Of a DNA stretch of 40,247 nt, positions 22,803-35,922 are shown piece after piece. Position numbers and translations under genes: made by a program. Origin of the DNA: Phoronis australis (lineage: Eukaryota > Animalia > Phoronida); the NCBI GenBank assembly GCA_002633005.1, contig NMRA01000319.1:1-40247 (forward strand), in the 5' to 3' direction. The notes beneath the pieces were generated by a model. The model was not told the DNA's origin. It did no database searches and saw only the letters and a list, made by a program, of their open reading frames with translations. Position 1 is the first letter of the stretch; the number at the start of each line of letters is the position of its first letter.

Positions 22803-23778
22803 GTGAGTGGAATCAAAGTTTTAAATAAAAAGATAGTGTTGTGTTAAAATCGTTAAGCACAATGAATCTGTGCTACCATGATTTTATCACCCATGTATTG
22901 TACCCCACTGAAATGCCCAGTTTACACACTTCAACGAAGTTATAGGCTAAAATTTCTCATTATCCAACTTATTGAAGTGTGCAGGCAGGTGCTGTGACTC
23001 CACTTTTTAATTCTTTTAGGTATTAAAAAATTCCTCTATTTCCTGTGTAAGGATTTGCATTTTTTTCAAATTTTGCTCCGGTCATGTTCAAATCAATAGA
23101 TCATTGGCCAATCATTTAATATTTTTGACACAATACTTTGTCGAAATGCAAATAGATTACATGACTTAACAATTGCAACAATTGTCGCTCTAGGGCAATC
23201 CCATATCCAAGCCACAGTGCCACGAAGGTGTTTACAATAGTAGTGTGTAGGCGATGTACTTTCAAAGTCTTGTACTAATCGCCTTGTACGGGCAAGCCTT
23301 TAAGAGCTTGCATGGTTTCATTGATAAGTAATTTACACTACCATATTGCTGTGCCATTAGACCCATGAACATCTGCGGAACTGCGCTTTTTTGTCAAACT
23401 TAGGTGAATGCACCTTGACATGAACCATTTGGGTAAAAAAGGTCACAAAAAGGCATGATTAGGCCCAAAGCATTACAAGTGAGTTTTCAAAAAGAAAACT
23501 GATCAGATATGCTTATATGCAAATGATTGTTTGGGTCTTGATGCATTACCGTACTTGGGTTTATATGCAAAACTTAGGCTCATGCGCCAATATGTGAACT
23601 CCCAATGGGTAAAAAGGACATGAAATTGTCATTATTTCGGATATAGACCGCTAGACCTAAGGGCTAGTTGATAATAGTGACTTACACGAATCCCACAGTT
23701 TGAAAGCCAGTTTTCTCCCCTGTATTGTGGTCAAAACGTGACTCAGTGCTTTGTACTGACATACCATATGTTATTCAG

Positions 23779-23947
23779 GTGGTCTGTGGAAGGACTTGAT
23801 GTGTGAGCCCAACGTATGGGGCACGATGGGAGCTCACCCCAAGAGTGCTACAGACTTTGATGCTTTCGCCGAGGATCAGCTGTGCATGTGTATACAGCAC
23901 GAGAAGATGATGGCCTTGGGAGAGATAGGTCTGGACTACTCTGGCAC
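23779..23947 (+). CDS. TATDN2: TATDN2-like gene, exon
   Basis: ttattcag| ... AC|gtaagt; LWKDLMCEPNVWGTMGAHPK...ALGEIGLDYS. Confidence 0.93.
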
Positions 23948-24403
23948 GTAAGTATCGTCTGTGGGCAGGGCGGCAACTTTTGTTTCCACTTGTTATGGAA
24001 AACCTGAAAATGAGGAGATCTGAGGTTCTCTGCACGAAAAGCTTACATGAGATGAAATGGGCCAGAAATCCTCCTGGGAGTCATGTCGAGAGTTCTAGCA
24101 TTAGTTACTTTAATGTAATCATGAACAAAAATTATAAAATTATTTAGCTTGCCAGCTTTCACGACCTCCTTATGTGTTTCATCAGATTGCTTTTTAATGA
24201 CCATCGAAATCCACACACAAATACAACTTCTAAGGCTGAGTGCTGCTGTTGAAAAATAAAAAGCCTGAAACGGCAGCCGATAACAATCTGCCATGTAGCT
24301 GAAATCAGCTAACAGACTGAATTAAATCACATGATTGTGTTGCTCGCAGATAGTGCATTGAAATATTGGCATCAATTCAAAGTTGAGATATAATTTAATA
24401 CAA

Positions 24404-24520
24404 TTTATTATTTATTTATTGTAAATGTGTATAATGAGGGTAGCCCCATCAGTTCTCACTACTTTCCATGGGGCCCTCAGAATAATAATAAGAATATAAT
24501 AACTATAATAATAAGAATAT
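24404..24520 (-). mobile_element. L2/CR1-type 3' end fragment (same family as 7124-7548)
   Basis: atgagggtagccccatcag...ctttccatggggccctca resembles 7211-7258; adjacent (ATTT)n tail. Confidence 0.55.
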
Positions 24521-24781
24521 TGTATTCTTAAAAAATCCATGAAGTTTGACAATTAGCTTAAAGTCTTTAAGAAGTTCGTGTGGAACATACACTGTAAATC
24601 TGGTGTTTATGGTGGCTGCATATTTTGAGATAGCAAAACCAGATTCCTTTTTGCTTCTGTCTTAACATCACATACTAAACTGAAACCACCGTTTGCAGTA
24701 TGAAGGATCTGGTGGTTGTCTATCTAATGTGGCTGTCGTAATTCCATTTCGAACGACAATATGACATGCTCTCAAAAAATT

Positions 24782-24909
24782 TTGTTAATCTGCATTCAGT
24801 TGTTGATCTGTATTGTTGATACTGCATTGTTGATACTGCATTGTTGATACTGCATTGTTGATACTGCATTGTTGATCTGCATTGTTGATCTGCATTGTTG
24901 ATACTGCAG
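24782..24909 (+). repeat. 13/14-bp minisatellite ttgttgat(a)ctgca, about 9 units
   Basis: Directly visible. The last unit ends in CAG, the splice acceptor of the next exon. Confidence 0.95.
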
Positions 24910-25039
24910 ATTTGAGACCACTAAGGAGAGACAGAAGGAAGTATTTGTCAGGCAGATCAAAGTGGCACAAGCCTTCGACAAGCCTCTTGTTATTCACTGT
25001 CGACAGGCGGAGGACGACTGCTTTGAAATCATGAAACAG
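24910..25039 (+). CDS. TATDN2: TATDN2-like gene, exon
   Basis: [43 protein letters not shown]|gtttga, phase 2-0. Confidence 0.93.
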
Positions 25040-26162
25040 GTTTGACTGAAGACTCCTTGTGACTAATCATTCTTCTAATGGCTGATGTAGTTTGCACAAC
25101 TTTGTCTATTTTACCGGACGTGTTTATGCTGTTTGGTTTTATTTAAGTTAATCATTTATTTGCAAAGTGTAGTTTTCAGCTGTTTATCATGCAGCCAATT
25201 TAGAAATGTTTTCAGTTTTACATCATGGCTTTGGAAATGTACTCTCTGAATGCCATATCTTTCATGTGTTATTTTATTCTCAAGATGTCAAAATCCGTAT
25301 TCAGATTGGATTTGTCCCATCAAAAATCCCGTTATGTTGTAACTTCAACTTCCTGGACAAAAATTAGGAACACTTATTCCGGCTTTTCTGGGAGTTCTTT
25401 TGAAAAACAAAAACACGTTTACTGCAGGAAAAGTTCAACTTCCAAATAATTCAGGCAAAATGTTTATCCAAGTTTGGCCGATTTCTGCCGAAGTGTGTCT
25501 AGTTTATGTGACAACTTTATTATATGTGTGTGTTTAGTCAAACATTTTACTGCATGTGAAGTATAAGCTGAATAGTATAGACTTGTTGGTATACTTATGC
25601 TTGGTCTAACATCATGTACAATGTAGGACCTCATTTACAAGTCTGTTTGTTTAGCCAAGTATCTACAGAACTACAGATTTTATTTCTGTGGCTAAAAGTA
25701 TGTTTTCTGAAAACAGAAAGCCTGCAAAATGGTTGGTCACTTGGATCATGTGACCATACTTTTTCAATGAAATTTTAGCAAAACTGAAAGTTGCATTCAT
25801 TGCAAAGTAACAGTAGCTACGTGGATCAACCAAATTTTGTTTGACAAAAAATGTTTATGGTCAAATTGTGAAAACACGTTACAGTTTTCTAAATTAAATA
25901 TTTCTTTTGCATTTGTTGTAGAAAAATTTAAGAAATCTTATTTTTGATAACCAGTGTTTTGAAGAATAGTGCATGAAGTATGTGAATGTTACGTATGAAT
26001 GCGGTTGGCCATTTTTGTATTATGTTCTGAAGTTTGCCAGATTTGGGCATTTTGTATGGGCCTACATAACCTTAGGGACTGATTATGTTCCATTACGTCA
26101 ACATGATTGTGACTGCAATTTTCCATGTGCTCTCTAATCCATGCTCTTTACTTTGCACATAG

Positions 26163-26375
26163 TATGTGGACAGCGACCACCTGATCCATCGTCACTGTTT
26201 CACAAGTGACTGGGCAGAGGCGCAGCGCTGGTTAGACACCTTTCCTAACCTCTACCTGGGTCTGACGTCGCTCATCACCTATCGCACTGCTGTCGACGTA
26301 CAGGAAGTAGCACGTAACCTTCCCCTAGACAGACTTTTACTGGAGACAGATGCGCCTTACTTTGTGCCTTGTTGG
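26163..26375 (+). CDS. TATDN2: TATDN2-like gene, exon
   Basis: cacatag|YVDSDHLIHRHCFT...LPLDRLLLETDAPYFVPCW|gtaggt, 213 nt. Confidence 0.95.
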
Positions 26376-26679
26376 GTAGGTCGCGCTAGTGGCTTGAATG
26401 CTTTACGGCGGCATAATTTCAGTAGACGGGTACAAGCTGCGGCAATTTACATTATTGTTCCTAATTGGGAAAAGAGGTTTTAAAGCCCTAATGCGCTTTC
26501 ATTCATGCACTGCCCTGCAATAAGGGCCACATGGAGTAGAAGAACTTAAATTTTAGTAGGATGTCAGAAGTGGCTGATGGAATTTGCAAGAAACTTTCAC
26601 ATACTGCTGTTCTTTATGTGCTATCTCCAAGTAGGCCCAAAATTTGACTTTCTGATTTAAATAAAAGAAATTAAAGTTA

Positions 26680-27487
26680 GGGCTGTTCCAGCAAAATCTG
26701 TATGGGAGGGGGGAAGGCACTTTTATTTTGTACCCACCGCCCATATTTTTCATTTATTTCTCCAACCCATGACCCATAATTTTTTAATTATTTTTAATAG
26801 GTTAAAATATAAAATCCAACACTTGCAAACAAATTCCTTCCAGGAGGACCTGTTAAAAACTTAGATGATTGACACTAGTTGTCTTGTCCAATATTGTCAA
26901 AAACTAAAGTAGCCTGTGAGCAATACTTTTGGCAGCCACCAGGTGTCTTTGTTCACCATGTGTCTATAATTTCAATGAACATTTTTTCAATTATAAGGAT
27001 CTGTGAATCTCAAACGGTCTCCACGAACTCTTTTATACTTCTATGTCAAGTGAATATTGTAACTTGTTTATCTTACTCCTCATACTTTTTATTTAAAAAT
27101 CATCAATTTTCTTATATGTGTTAACACCAGTTTAGTGTTGCATAACTTTTCAATTCAATAGGACTGCAGACACACAGTTGGCTCATATCAAGTTGCCATG
27201 ACTTGATTAACGGCTTAGTGAACATATTGCAATCTGTTCACTGGCAATATGGGCTTTTTTGTATTGGGATAAGTTAGGATATATGCCAATTGCAATTTTT
27301 TTAGTTTTGAAGCTGAGGTAACCAACCTGTCAACATTAACAGGTCAAAAAATACCACCCATTATTAATGCATCACTTCTTACAGGACCGACCACCCATAA
27401 TTTGAGTTTTTCTGAAGACCACCACCCATGAATTTTTATTTCTGCTGCCGTCCCAACCCTCCCACACAGATTTTACTGGAACAGCCC
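26680..27487. mobile_element. PIF/Harbinger-type non-autonomous element (808 bp)
   Basis: ~31-bp TIR gggctgttccagcaaaatctgtatgggaggg / ccctcccacacagattttactggaacagccc; TTA duplicated on both sides. Confidence 0.85.
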
Positions 27488-28354
27488 TTAAATTATTTTA
27501 ATGAAAATGCAAAGATTTTTTCTGTCGTTGTCTGACAGCCATTTCCTGAAATTTAGACCTGTGAGTTTGTCAATTATTGTTACGTGTACTGATTGCCATT
27601 AATTGAGTTTGGTTTATCTACACCTCCAGCAAAGTGTTGGACTGGATGTTTTGTGTCCTATAGTGCCCATGCCAAGAATTGTAAAATGACTTCAAAATGC
27701 AACTGCTCTGGGGTGGTTTGGTAATGTCCCAATTATGTTGCACACTCAATAGAATTAATGAGGAACATATTATTACTACATGAGACAAACATTTTAGATT
27801 GTAAAAGTCACCTTTCTTGTCCAATTCAAAAAACTAATCACGTGTTCTTTTCACAAACTATTCAAAATGTTATTTACGAACTTTCAAATTTTTAAATGAA
27901 AATTAAAAAGTAGTACTGTCATCACCTATGTGTTTATTATGGTCTCATTATCTAGAGAACATTAACATCAACAGTCTGAGATAACTGGTCGAGTTGCCCA
28001 ATTTGGACTGGTTAGGGTGTCACCGTACAACTGTAGGATTCTTTCCATAGCATTGTGGGGTGTGTTTAAAGATGTTTCTTGCCCAATATCATAAAATTAA
28101 GTGGGAAGACTACAGCATTAAATAAGACTTAAACTAAACGTCCTTCTACCTGGGCTCCCATGTTACTGGAAAATTCTTAGTGTTCAAGTTAAATATAGGA
28201 ATTACTGACATTAGTAGAAAATAAACACGTAGTTAATGATAGCTTGATATTTTGGTTACTGGGAGTGGAGGTTATTGGAAAAGTCTTCTCAGTTGATCAT
28301 TTTTGTACGTCAGGTGTAGGAGCATAATGATGCTGCGAATGCTGTGCCTGTCAC

Positions 28355-29180
28355 AATATCAAACAAACGAACAAACAAACAAAATGATTATTTCAAAACT
28401 CATAGGGCCATTGGCCAACTGTTCAACATATTAATATACAAACAGTATAATCTCGCCATATCAAATACTCATAATGTCGCTCCTAATTGCCATTGCTTAA
28501 TAGTTGAATGAAGGATGTCGTATTTCTTAAAACATAAATTACATAGAATCTGAAGCTAACAGTGCCTTTGATGTTTCTATTTCTAACAATACGTTGTGGT
28601 AATAGATATTTCCGTAGGTCAGCAAAGACGGGACAGTCAAATAGAAAGTGTATGGCTGTATCACTTTTATCGGTGTTACAAAATTTACAAATTCTTTCTG
28701 GTCGAGGTGTTTGTTTCTTCTACCCAACTCAATCAAAAGATGATGTGTCGAACACCTCAAATTTGCTAGTAAATGCAAATACTTGATTTAAAACAGGCTA
28801 CCACATAAATACTTTTCACATGTTAATTTAGATTTAACTGAACAGTCAAAACAATTATTCGTATATACAAATACAGACGATCACAATTGAAAATTTATAT
28901 CCCTAAGTCTTTGCTTAAAAGAAATTAAAAAATTCATTTCATCGCCAACACCTTGTTGCAATCAAACAGCCAAACCCAGTTGTGAATAAATACATTTTTA
29001 GTAAAAGTGCACCAGTTTTTTTTTGACCTTTCAAATCGTTTGCACGTAGCATTTTGTAACATTGTTTTCATTGGTAATCTATAGTCATTCATTTTTAACG
29101 ATTTCAAATTAAATCCTAACGGGTTTGCACATATATGTCACACACAGCTCAAAACACCCATATTCACCTTTTGGAATAAC
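28355..29180 (-). mobile_element. Decayed 3' end of an RTEX-like LINE in the last TATDN2 intron
   Basis: LANLRCSTHHLLIELGR...RICKFCN...HFLFDCP (C-terminal CCHC), upstream GEYG..RLP..NW, and a (TTTG)n tail. Confidence 0.7.
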
Positions 29181-29247
29181 ATTTGCTGTCACAATACAAT
29201 TATGCCATTTTCAAATGTCAACTCAATAATTCTATACTTAATTGTAG

Positions 29248-29388
29248 ATCCCCAGAGACGAGATGAAACTATCTCACCCTGGACTGGCCATATACGTAGC
29301 TGACGAAGTTGCAAAGTTGCAGCGTAGATCACTATATGATGTCTTGCTAGCATGTCGGAAGAACACTCGGCGAATGTATTCTGTTTAG
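29248..29388 (+). CDS. TATDN2: TATDN2-like gene, terminal coding exon
   Basis: ttgtag|IPRDEMKLSHPGLAIYVADEVAKLQRRSLYDVLLACRKNTRRMYSV*, matching the TATDN2 C-terminal HPG...NT.R.Y pattern. Confidence 0.93.
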   Translation: MPRDEMKLSHPGLAIYVADEVAKLQRRSLYDVLLACRKNTRRMYSV

Positions 29389-29625
29389 ATTCAGTTGAAT
29401 TGTTTTTCTGTGCAGAGTAGTGGTGGTCCATTTCTGCGACATTTTGCGTTAATTTTGGGATTTTCTTTGAACCAGTTATTTGTGCATTACTAGGAAGTAT
29501 TGAGCCAAACGAGTGAGTCGCCTTTGTGAAATATTGTGGTTCTGTTGTGGTTATATTGCATGAGCATCCAAGACTGAAAGTCATTGATTTTGTCACTTAC
29601 TGGTTATTTAGTCTTCAAATTTCTC

Positions 29626-29991
29626 ATAGAGCATGATTCCATGGCAGTGCCTATGCACCAGCTATAAAGTCGCTCAAACCCCAGTGCTAGGTCAACAAAC
29701 GCGAATCTGGTGGTATAGAATTCCACACCTCTCCCTGAAATTCTCTCCTACAAAAACTCCGTACCTGGTGGAAAAAGTCCATACTTGGTGAAAAACTCCA
29801 CACCAAGGGACCTGATCGATCACCTGGGCACACGATTAGGTTATGTAGTTTGATCCAGAGTATCAAATTTTTCTCTAGTTTAGAGTTTTGGGGCGAAGAG
29901 ATGTGACTTATACTGCATATTGGGTATTTTGTGGGCAGGGACTGCGATCTAAACTGGAATTTGAGAGATGAGGCCATGGAATCGTTTTATA
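29626..29991. mobile_element. Possible MITE
   Basis: Inverted ends gattccatggc / gccatggaatc (11 bp perfect) with imperfect extension. No clear TSD. Confidence 0.45.
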
Positions 29992-32900
29992 ATTCCCTAA
30001 GGCCACGTATGTCATGTATTTGGGCGCATGTGTTTTTTCAAAATAAGGTAGCCGTATCCTTTAATTTGGTACATGTATGAGTGCATTTCACACTTGAATT
30101 AATCTTAAATTGAAAACAACAATTGTCCTGAAGCTGATGTCAGTCCAACTTAAAAGCAAATAATATGTAGCTTCATCAGGTGCTGCCTCACGTAGGTGTC
30201 CATGGGTCTCAGTGACAAGGGTCATGTAGATCCTTGATAGAATAATGTCCTTTCTAGTTGCCAGCCGCCTGATCTCATGTTGGGTTCAGATTGCACAATA
30301 ATTGCCAAAAGGTCAGCAGTAAGAAAAGTTATAAATAAGTCTATATTGTCAATAATCTATTATAATTAAACAGTGATGAGACGGGTGAAATGACGGCTTG
30401 AAAACGAAGGTGTGTCAAGAATGCTTCTCTGTGAGCGGTCAGTTAAGCTGTCACTCAAAATCCTGGCGATTGGTCAATTTTCAATTTTTGTATAATCTGA
30501 AACCGGATGCAGATCAGAGTGTCGTCAATTGGAAAGAATGTAACTGTGTTTTGATGGAACATTGCAATAACTTTCCTGGTTGATTGACGTTTTTAGTTAT
30601 GTTTTATTATTTAGGATCAACTTCATTGGTAGTGTTTTAAGTATTCTTAACAATATAGGTTTGGTGTTTTTGAGATGTTGCACAAATTTTGAACAGTATC
30701 CAAGCATGTAATGTTGTAAATTATGACAACTTATATGTATATAATTATAATGAACACATTTTCTTGTTCTTTTAATATTCAACTCCTTCACGCTTGTCTA
30801 ATATTACTGGTCAGATTTATTAAAATAGCATTATTTGAGTGTTCCACTTAATAAGTTGTCACGGATTATAACTGAATACCTAACAGAAACAAGTCTGGCA
30901 TACTCACACATGGCAATACTTTTTCTTCCACCTACATTTCCCATCATTCCTCTAACAGTGTCTGATTATTTGTACTGACGTTAGGTATTGTCCAGTTCCC
31001 TTGTTCATTAACTGAATCAACACACAGTTTCCCTCAATTGTTGTAAGTGACAGCATATTGTCTCTGTTATTTATTGTCTGATATTAAAAATAGAAAAATG
31101 AACTCTTGAGAAATCAGAAGCTGGTGATTCATTTAAGGAGTGTTCGCATTCCAAAGATAAGTTAGGTAATGTGATGGAGATATTCTAATAAACCACGTCA
31201 CCAGGAGTGCAACATCTACTCCGCTGTCTTAAATCTGTCATCTTTTTCAAACCCCCTACCCTGTAATGTTTGAATAATTATTTGAACAGACGAGTACCTG
31301 TTTGTAAGCTTGTAATGATCCAAGCCATCAACCAGTTGATATGGCAACAGAGAACCTTAATTACAGTGACTGGAGGTTTTGATTGCACACAGTAGACACT
31401 TCAGATCCGTAATAAAAAACATTGTTTCAGACTGCTGTTTTTTATAAACTAGATCATCTTGATGATGGATTTGAATTAATTTCATTTGTTCACAATTGAG
31501 TCGGGTCGGTAATTGGTACTCAGTTTTCGACCCTCTTGTTTGAAAGTCTGTGTCTAGGATGGTATTTTTTCCCAATCAATAATACATAACTGTGTTGGAC
31601 AGCACGGCCAGTGATGACAGATTTATGGAAGATTGTTTATGAAACATGTCCGACTACTGACAGGTACTTGCAATGGGCACTCCGATTCCGAGTTTAGATC
31701 TTCAAGGTTTCTGAAAGAGGGTTGCCCAATATAATTACAGTTCCTCTATGTAGACATCGGAACCAGCATAAGGAACTTTGTAAACAACCCCTGGCCAATC
31801 TTGTGTATTGCCTTGGTATGGGGTAAAATATTCCTTGGGGTTTTAATAGGTTTTGCAGCTTCAGACTTGTTACATGACCTCGGTACCCAGCATAAAGCAA
31901 CAATACCATACCGATGGAATAGTATTGAACCCAAGATGAAACTACTGGTATTGGGCGATTTTAAAAAAAAATGAGTTTTGACTCGCAAAACCACGACTAA
32001 ATAGTAACACTTCTTTTTTACTATAATTCCAGTAATCGCCACAACTTGTCCTGCAAGCCCTTTCACAAATAAACGAAAAAGTATTATCCAGGCAAAATAA
32101 CATGATATGAAACTCTGAATTAAGTTAAAAAATGTCATTTGATTGGGATGCTATGTTTGATGGAATTGGCATGAAGTTCGTTCAAGTTTGATTCAGTCTG
32201 AAAGAGTTTAGTCCAGTTTATTTCGAAAGCTGCTGCACAACGCCTCACAAACACAATGGCTAAAGTACAAGTTTATTTTACATATAAAATTATAGTTGTG
32301 ACTTGGTACAATATCAACACGATATTGATAATGTTATGGAAAAAACTAACATCACAAACTAAAATCCAAAACAGAACACCTTATTTACATTATGTTGAGT
32401 GCTGTGTTCCTAAAGTCATTTTAAGGTGGCAATGAGGTAAGATCGTTTCTAAAATTTCTTGGTCTGTTTACCCCAGGGATTTGGTGGTGTATTGGTTAGA
32501 GTACTGGTTGACACTAAAAGTCCCAGATTCAACTCCCAACTTGCACCCTTCCAAAAATCAAACAGTACACAACATTGATCTTTGAATACTGTAACAGCAG
32601 ATGGCTGGAAAGTGTCGGACTAAAACATGGTGCGAATGTAAATAGGCTAAAATTAGGTGTTTATAGATAAATAGATTCCAGTAAAGATGGTGAGTGCTTA
32701 AAAATTGTCACACTGGAAATTTGTTTAAAATTTTAAGAAAAAGTTACTGTGGTCACAGCTGAATAACATTCTAAAGGTCAGATTCAATAAACCCTCAGAT
32801 CTCTTATCAATACTGCTTGTCTGTTCGGAGTTGGCGAGAACAAAGGTCACCGATTTGTTGCCGACCGTTTGCAAAAACTTGAGACTAATAGTGTGACACT

Positions 32901-34037
32901 AAGATCATGTGCAGTGCAGAGTGTGGATGACGATCAGGTTCTGCGCTAAGAGTGCAACCCTTTTCCATTTAAGTTATGACTTACAGCAGGTCTGGGTGCC
33001 ATATCTGACATCCAATGCTGGTATCCAGCTGCTGTGTTTTGGTTCCAGCCACAAGATGTGTTTGCTGATCATAGTGTTTAATAGGCAACACAATCACTGA
33101 ACTTGATGCAGCGCTACAGATTGGTTTCTTAATGTTATTCACTACGCAAAACACCAACAGACAAAAACTACACAATTATGTACAAAATTACCAACACAAA
33201 CTCTCGCCGTGTCCAGAATACATCCTGGACAAATCCTTTAATGTCCTGCAAGCCACACATGTTATCCCTTCTTCTGAAGGAGAAGTTTCAACCTGAGAAC
33301 AGAGGTGTCTGCATTTCAATAACTAAATCATTTCCAATTTTACAAAAATATCAATTTTTGACACGATACAAAAGCATGAAATGCGTTAATTTGCCCACTG
33401 CATTTGACTGCTCACTTGTAACGTAGTCAATCTGACATTACTAGTATTTCTACGTCAAAGTAATTACAAGTCAAACCACGATACAACTTCAAACATTCCC
33501 TCGCATTTAACACTTGCATTCCACAAGTCCCAACCACCATGAGTGTACTATACAGTGAAAGACAAAAGTAATCAGACAAAACATCGTTTCCCAGTAATGA
33601 CAGCTTGACAGCTAATTCTGTAAACAGCAGAAATGTCTGGTAATAACTATCTCGTGGGTGGGGGCAAAATTCTAACTGCCGTATGGATTAGCCACCTTGT
33701 TTACTTTCCCATTAATTCCCATAATTCTCAGTCATGAAGGAAAACTATTCTGACATTGAATTCAGCTTTTGCCCAGCAGACATGAAGGGAAATTCCAGGT
33801 CTTTATTCTGAATACTTTTGGCTCGTACAGGACACGATTTCATTTGTCGACAACCAATAGCTTAGACACGTTCCATGAGGGCCCGTTGTAAAGCGGTTTG
33901 ACCGATGTAACAGCAGTAGGCTTCACAAAAATACCAGCAAATGTTGAAATCCTATACAAAACACTCCCAACAGCAGTCTGTTGTACCCATTATCTACATC
34001 TGGTAATGTTCATAAAAGTCACACGAGTTCCAACTCT

Positions 34038-34128
34038 TCAGTGCACTACTTGGTTCAGTGGTTCAGCATGAACACTCGAGAAATCTAAGTCTTTGTCAGC
34101 TTCGTCATCTATTTCTCCCACCAGGGCC
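34038..34128 (-). CDS. LSM8: LSM8 (U6 snRNA-associated Sm-like protein), terminal coding exon
   Basis: ttctcag|(V)ALVGEIDDEADKDLDFSSVHAEPLNQVVH*, 91 nt. Confidence 0.95.
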
Positions 34129-34229
34129 CTGAGAACAGAAACAATGAATTACATGCAACTGTACGTGTATAGCCTTCTGCACTACAGCACTTTTTAAAAC
34201 AAACTGGTAAAACTTTGACAAAGCTCAGC

Positions 34230-34410
34230 AGGAGGAAGTGTGGCCTAGTGAAATAACTTTATTCTGTTATTATTCTTCCTATATTTGAGGTCGTTGGTTA
34301 AAGTCCCACTGGGACACACTGCTAGACCCTTGTGCCAGGTTTCGTCACCTCTCTTTTAACTGTATACTAATGAAGCCTAAAAATGGTTCCAGGTGATTAG
34401 TGTAATGGGC
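34230..34410 (+). mobile_element. Decayed tRNA-derived SINE
   Basis: A-box-like tggcctagtg and B-box-like ggttaaagtccc followed by a non-tRNA body. No cloverleaf. Confidence 0.4.
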
Positions 34411-34534
34411 CCCCCTGAATGACTTGCAGATGTGTACCAAAGAGCCTGCAATTACTATTAAGGGCCCTATAGTAAAAAATGTCTAAAATTTGGCTTACAG
34501 AGGAACATACATGTATCTCAGACAAGGCTGATCT

Positions 34535-35845
34535 GGGCCCAGTCTCCAATCTCATACTCATACTAAGAGATTTCATACTCAAAATCGTGCTCACTGGAGT
34601 CGTACTCAAAAAAGCGTATCTAATGTCGTATTTCGAGTAGACTCCAAACGTACTCAAATCTGACACTCGTACTCGAGTTGCTATGGAACTCTTTATGATG
34701 TGAAATGCAAAATCATGCAAAGCCGCGCTGATTCATCGCTCCCTATTGGAATAGACCACCACAAGAACTAGGCCAGCATTATCGTCTGCTGTCGCTACAA
34801 CTACAAGAGTATGTCTATAACGTGGAATTCTGATTCAATTATTATGCTTTTACTTCTTGAGTTCCTCACCCAGTCCTGAAAATGTCTTAAGAAATATGTA
34901 ACAGCTTATCACATCACATCTCTGTTGCTAATTTAGTCTTGACATAAAACCCATTGCTGTGTAGGCCTACGCTGATGTCAAACTTTGATACTGTATCTTT
35001 GTATTTTACCGGGATGTATCAAGTGAGTTGACATTTGGCATGTGAGTTAAAAAACAATACTTGTGCAGACATTCAGAGTTCACCAGTGGCAGTGAACGGG
35101 ACGAGACGTCTACTTAGAAATCGGCAAACAAAATCTGGAATTCCATTTGGGGATTGAGGAATTATAGATGACTAAGTCATGATGAGAAATGTACCTGACA
35201 GGGAAGCGAACTGTTTTTAACTTCCCTCCCCTCCTCGTCTTTTGGAAACCCTACAAAACGTAGGCACACATACCGAAATAAGGGCAGCACAAACTTCTCA
35301 CACGACTTTTCCCACAACTGCTTTCGACGCTTGTTATGACTCGCCGACAAGGGATTACAATGCGCCTGTTGCCAGGAATTGTAGAGGTAGAATGGCGGCC
35401 ATAACATGCAGTGATACGGGGGGTTAATAAGGTGAAGAATAAAAAGATTTAAGATGAAAACTATTATCTCGGAACTGAAATTGAAGTGCTGAGATACGGT
35501 AAGAGGACATATTTTTTTTAGATTTGCTGTGTTTCTTGGTTCCCTTTCGATATTTTGTTCTCTGGCACGTATTTATTCTCGAGTACGATTTCAAGCACAC
35601 TGCCATACCAAACTTGAAATTTGAGCATAAACTCCGAATTTTTACTCAAAATCATACTCGAAATATAGATGAGATACACTTCAGTTCGTGTACACTCGAA
35701 AACTGAGTGCGTGCTCGAAATTTCGAGTGCAGATTTTTCGAGTATGACACTGAATACACCAAAGCTGAGTCTGTACTCGAGTTGAGTATGAAGTGTGAGT
35801 TTGAGCATGATTCGAGTCTGAGTACGGAGATTGGAGACCAGGCCC
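34535..35845. mobile_element. Non-autonomous TIR element (Harbinger-like termini) with long subterminal inverted arrays
   Basis: gggcccagtctccaatctcatactca / tgagtacggagattggagaccaggccc; many TACTC/GAGTA motifs within both ends. Confidence 0.75.
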
Positions 35846-35922
35846 AGATTCATATGAAACTTTCAGATAGCACTATGCTTGGTGCATTGTTTCTCATAAT
35901 GCTTGGAATACGAAATGTTTTT

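Noticed and set aside
24782-24909. CRISPR-like array
   Set aside because: Contiguous tandem units with no spacers, in a eukaryotic intron.
31690-32140. Possible L2/CR1 C-terminal relic
   Set aside because: Similarity is too weak to support by eye.
32478-32545. tRNA gene (A/B-box-like motifs)
   Set aside because: No cloverleaf can be formed; at most a decayed SINE head.
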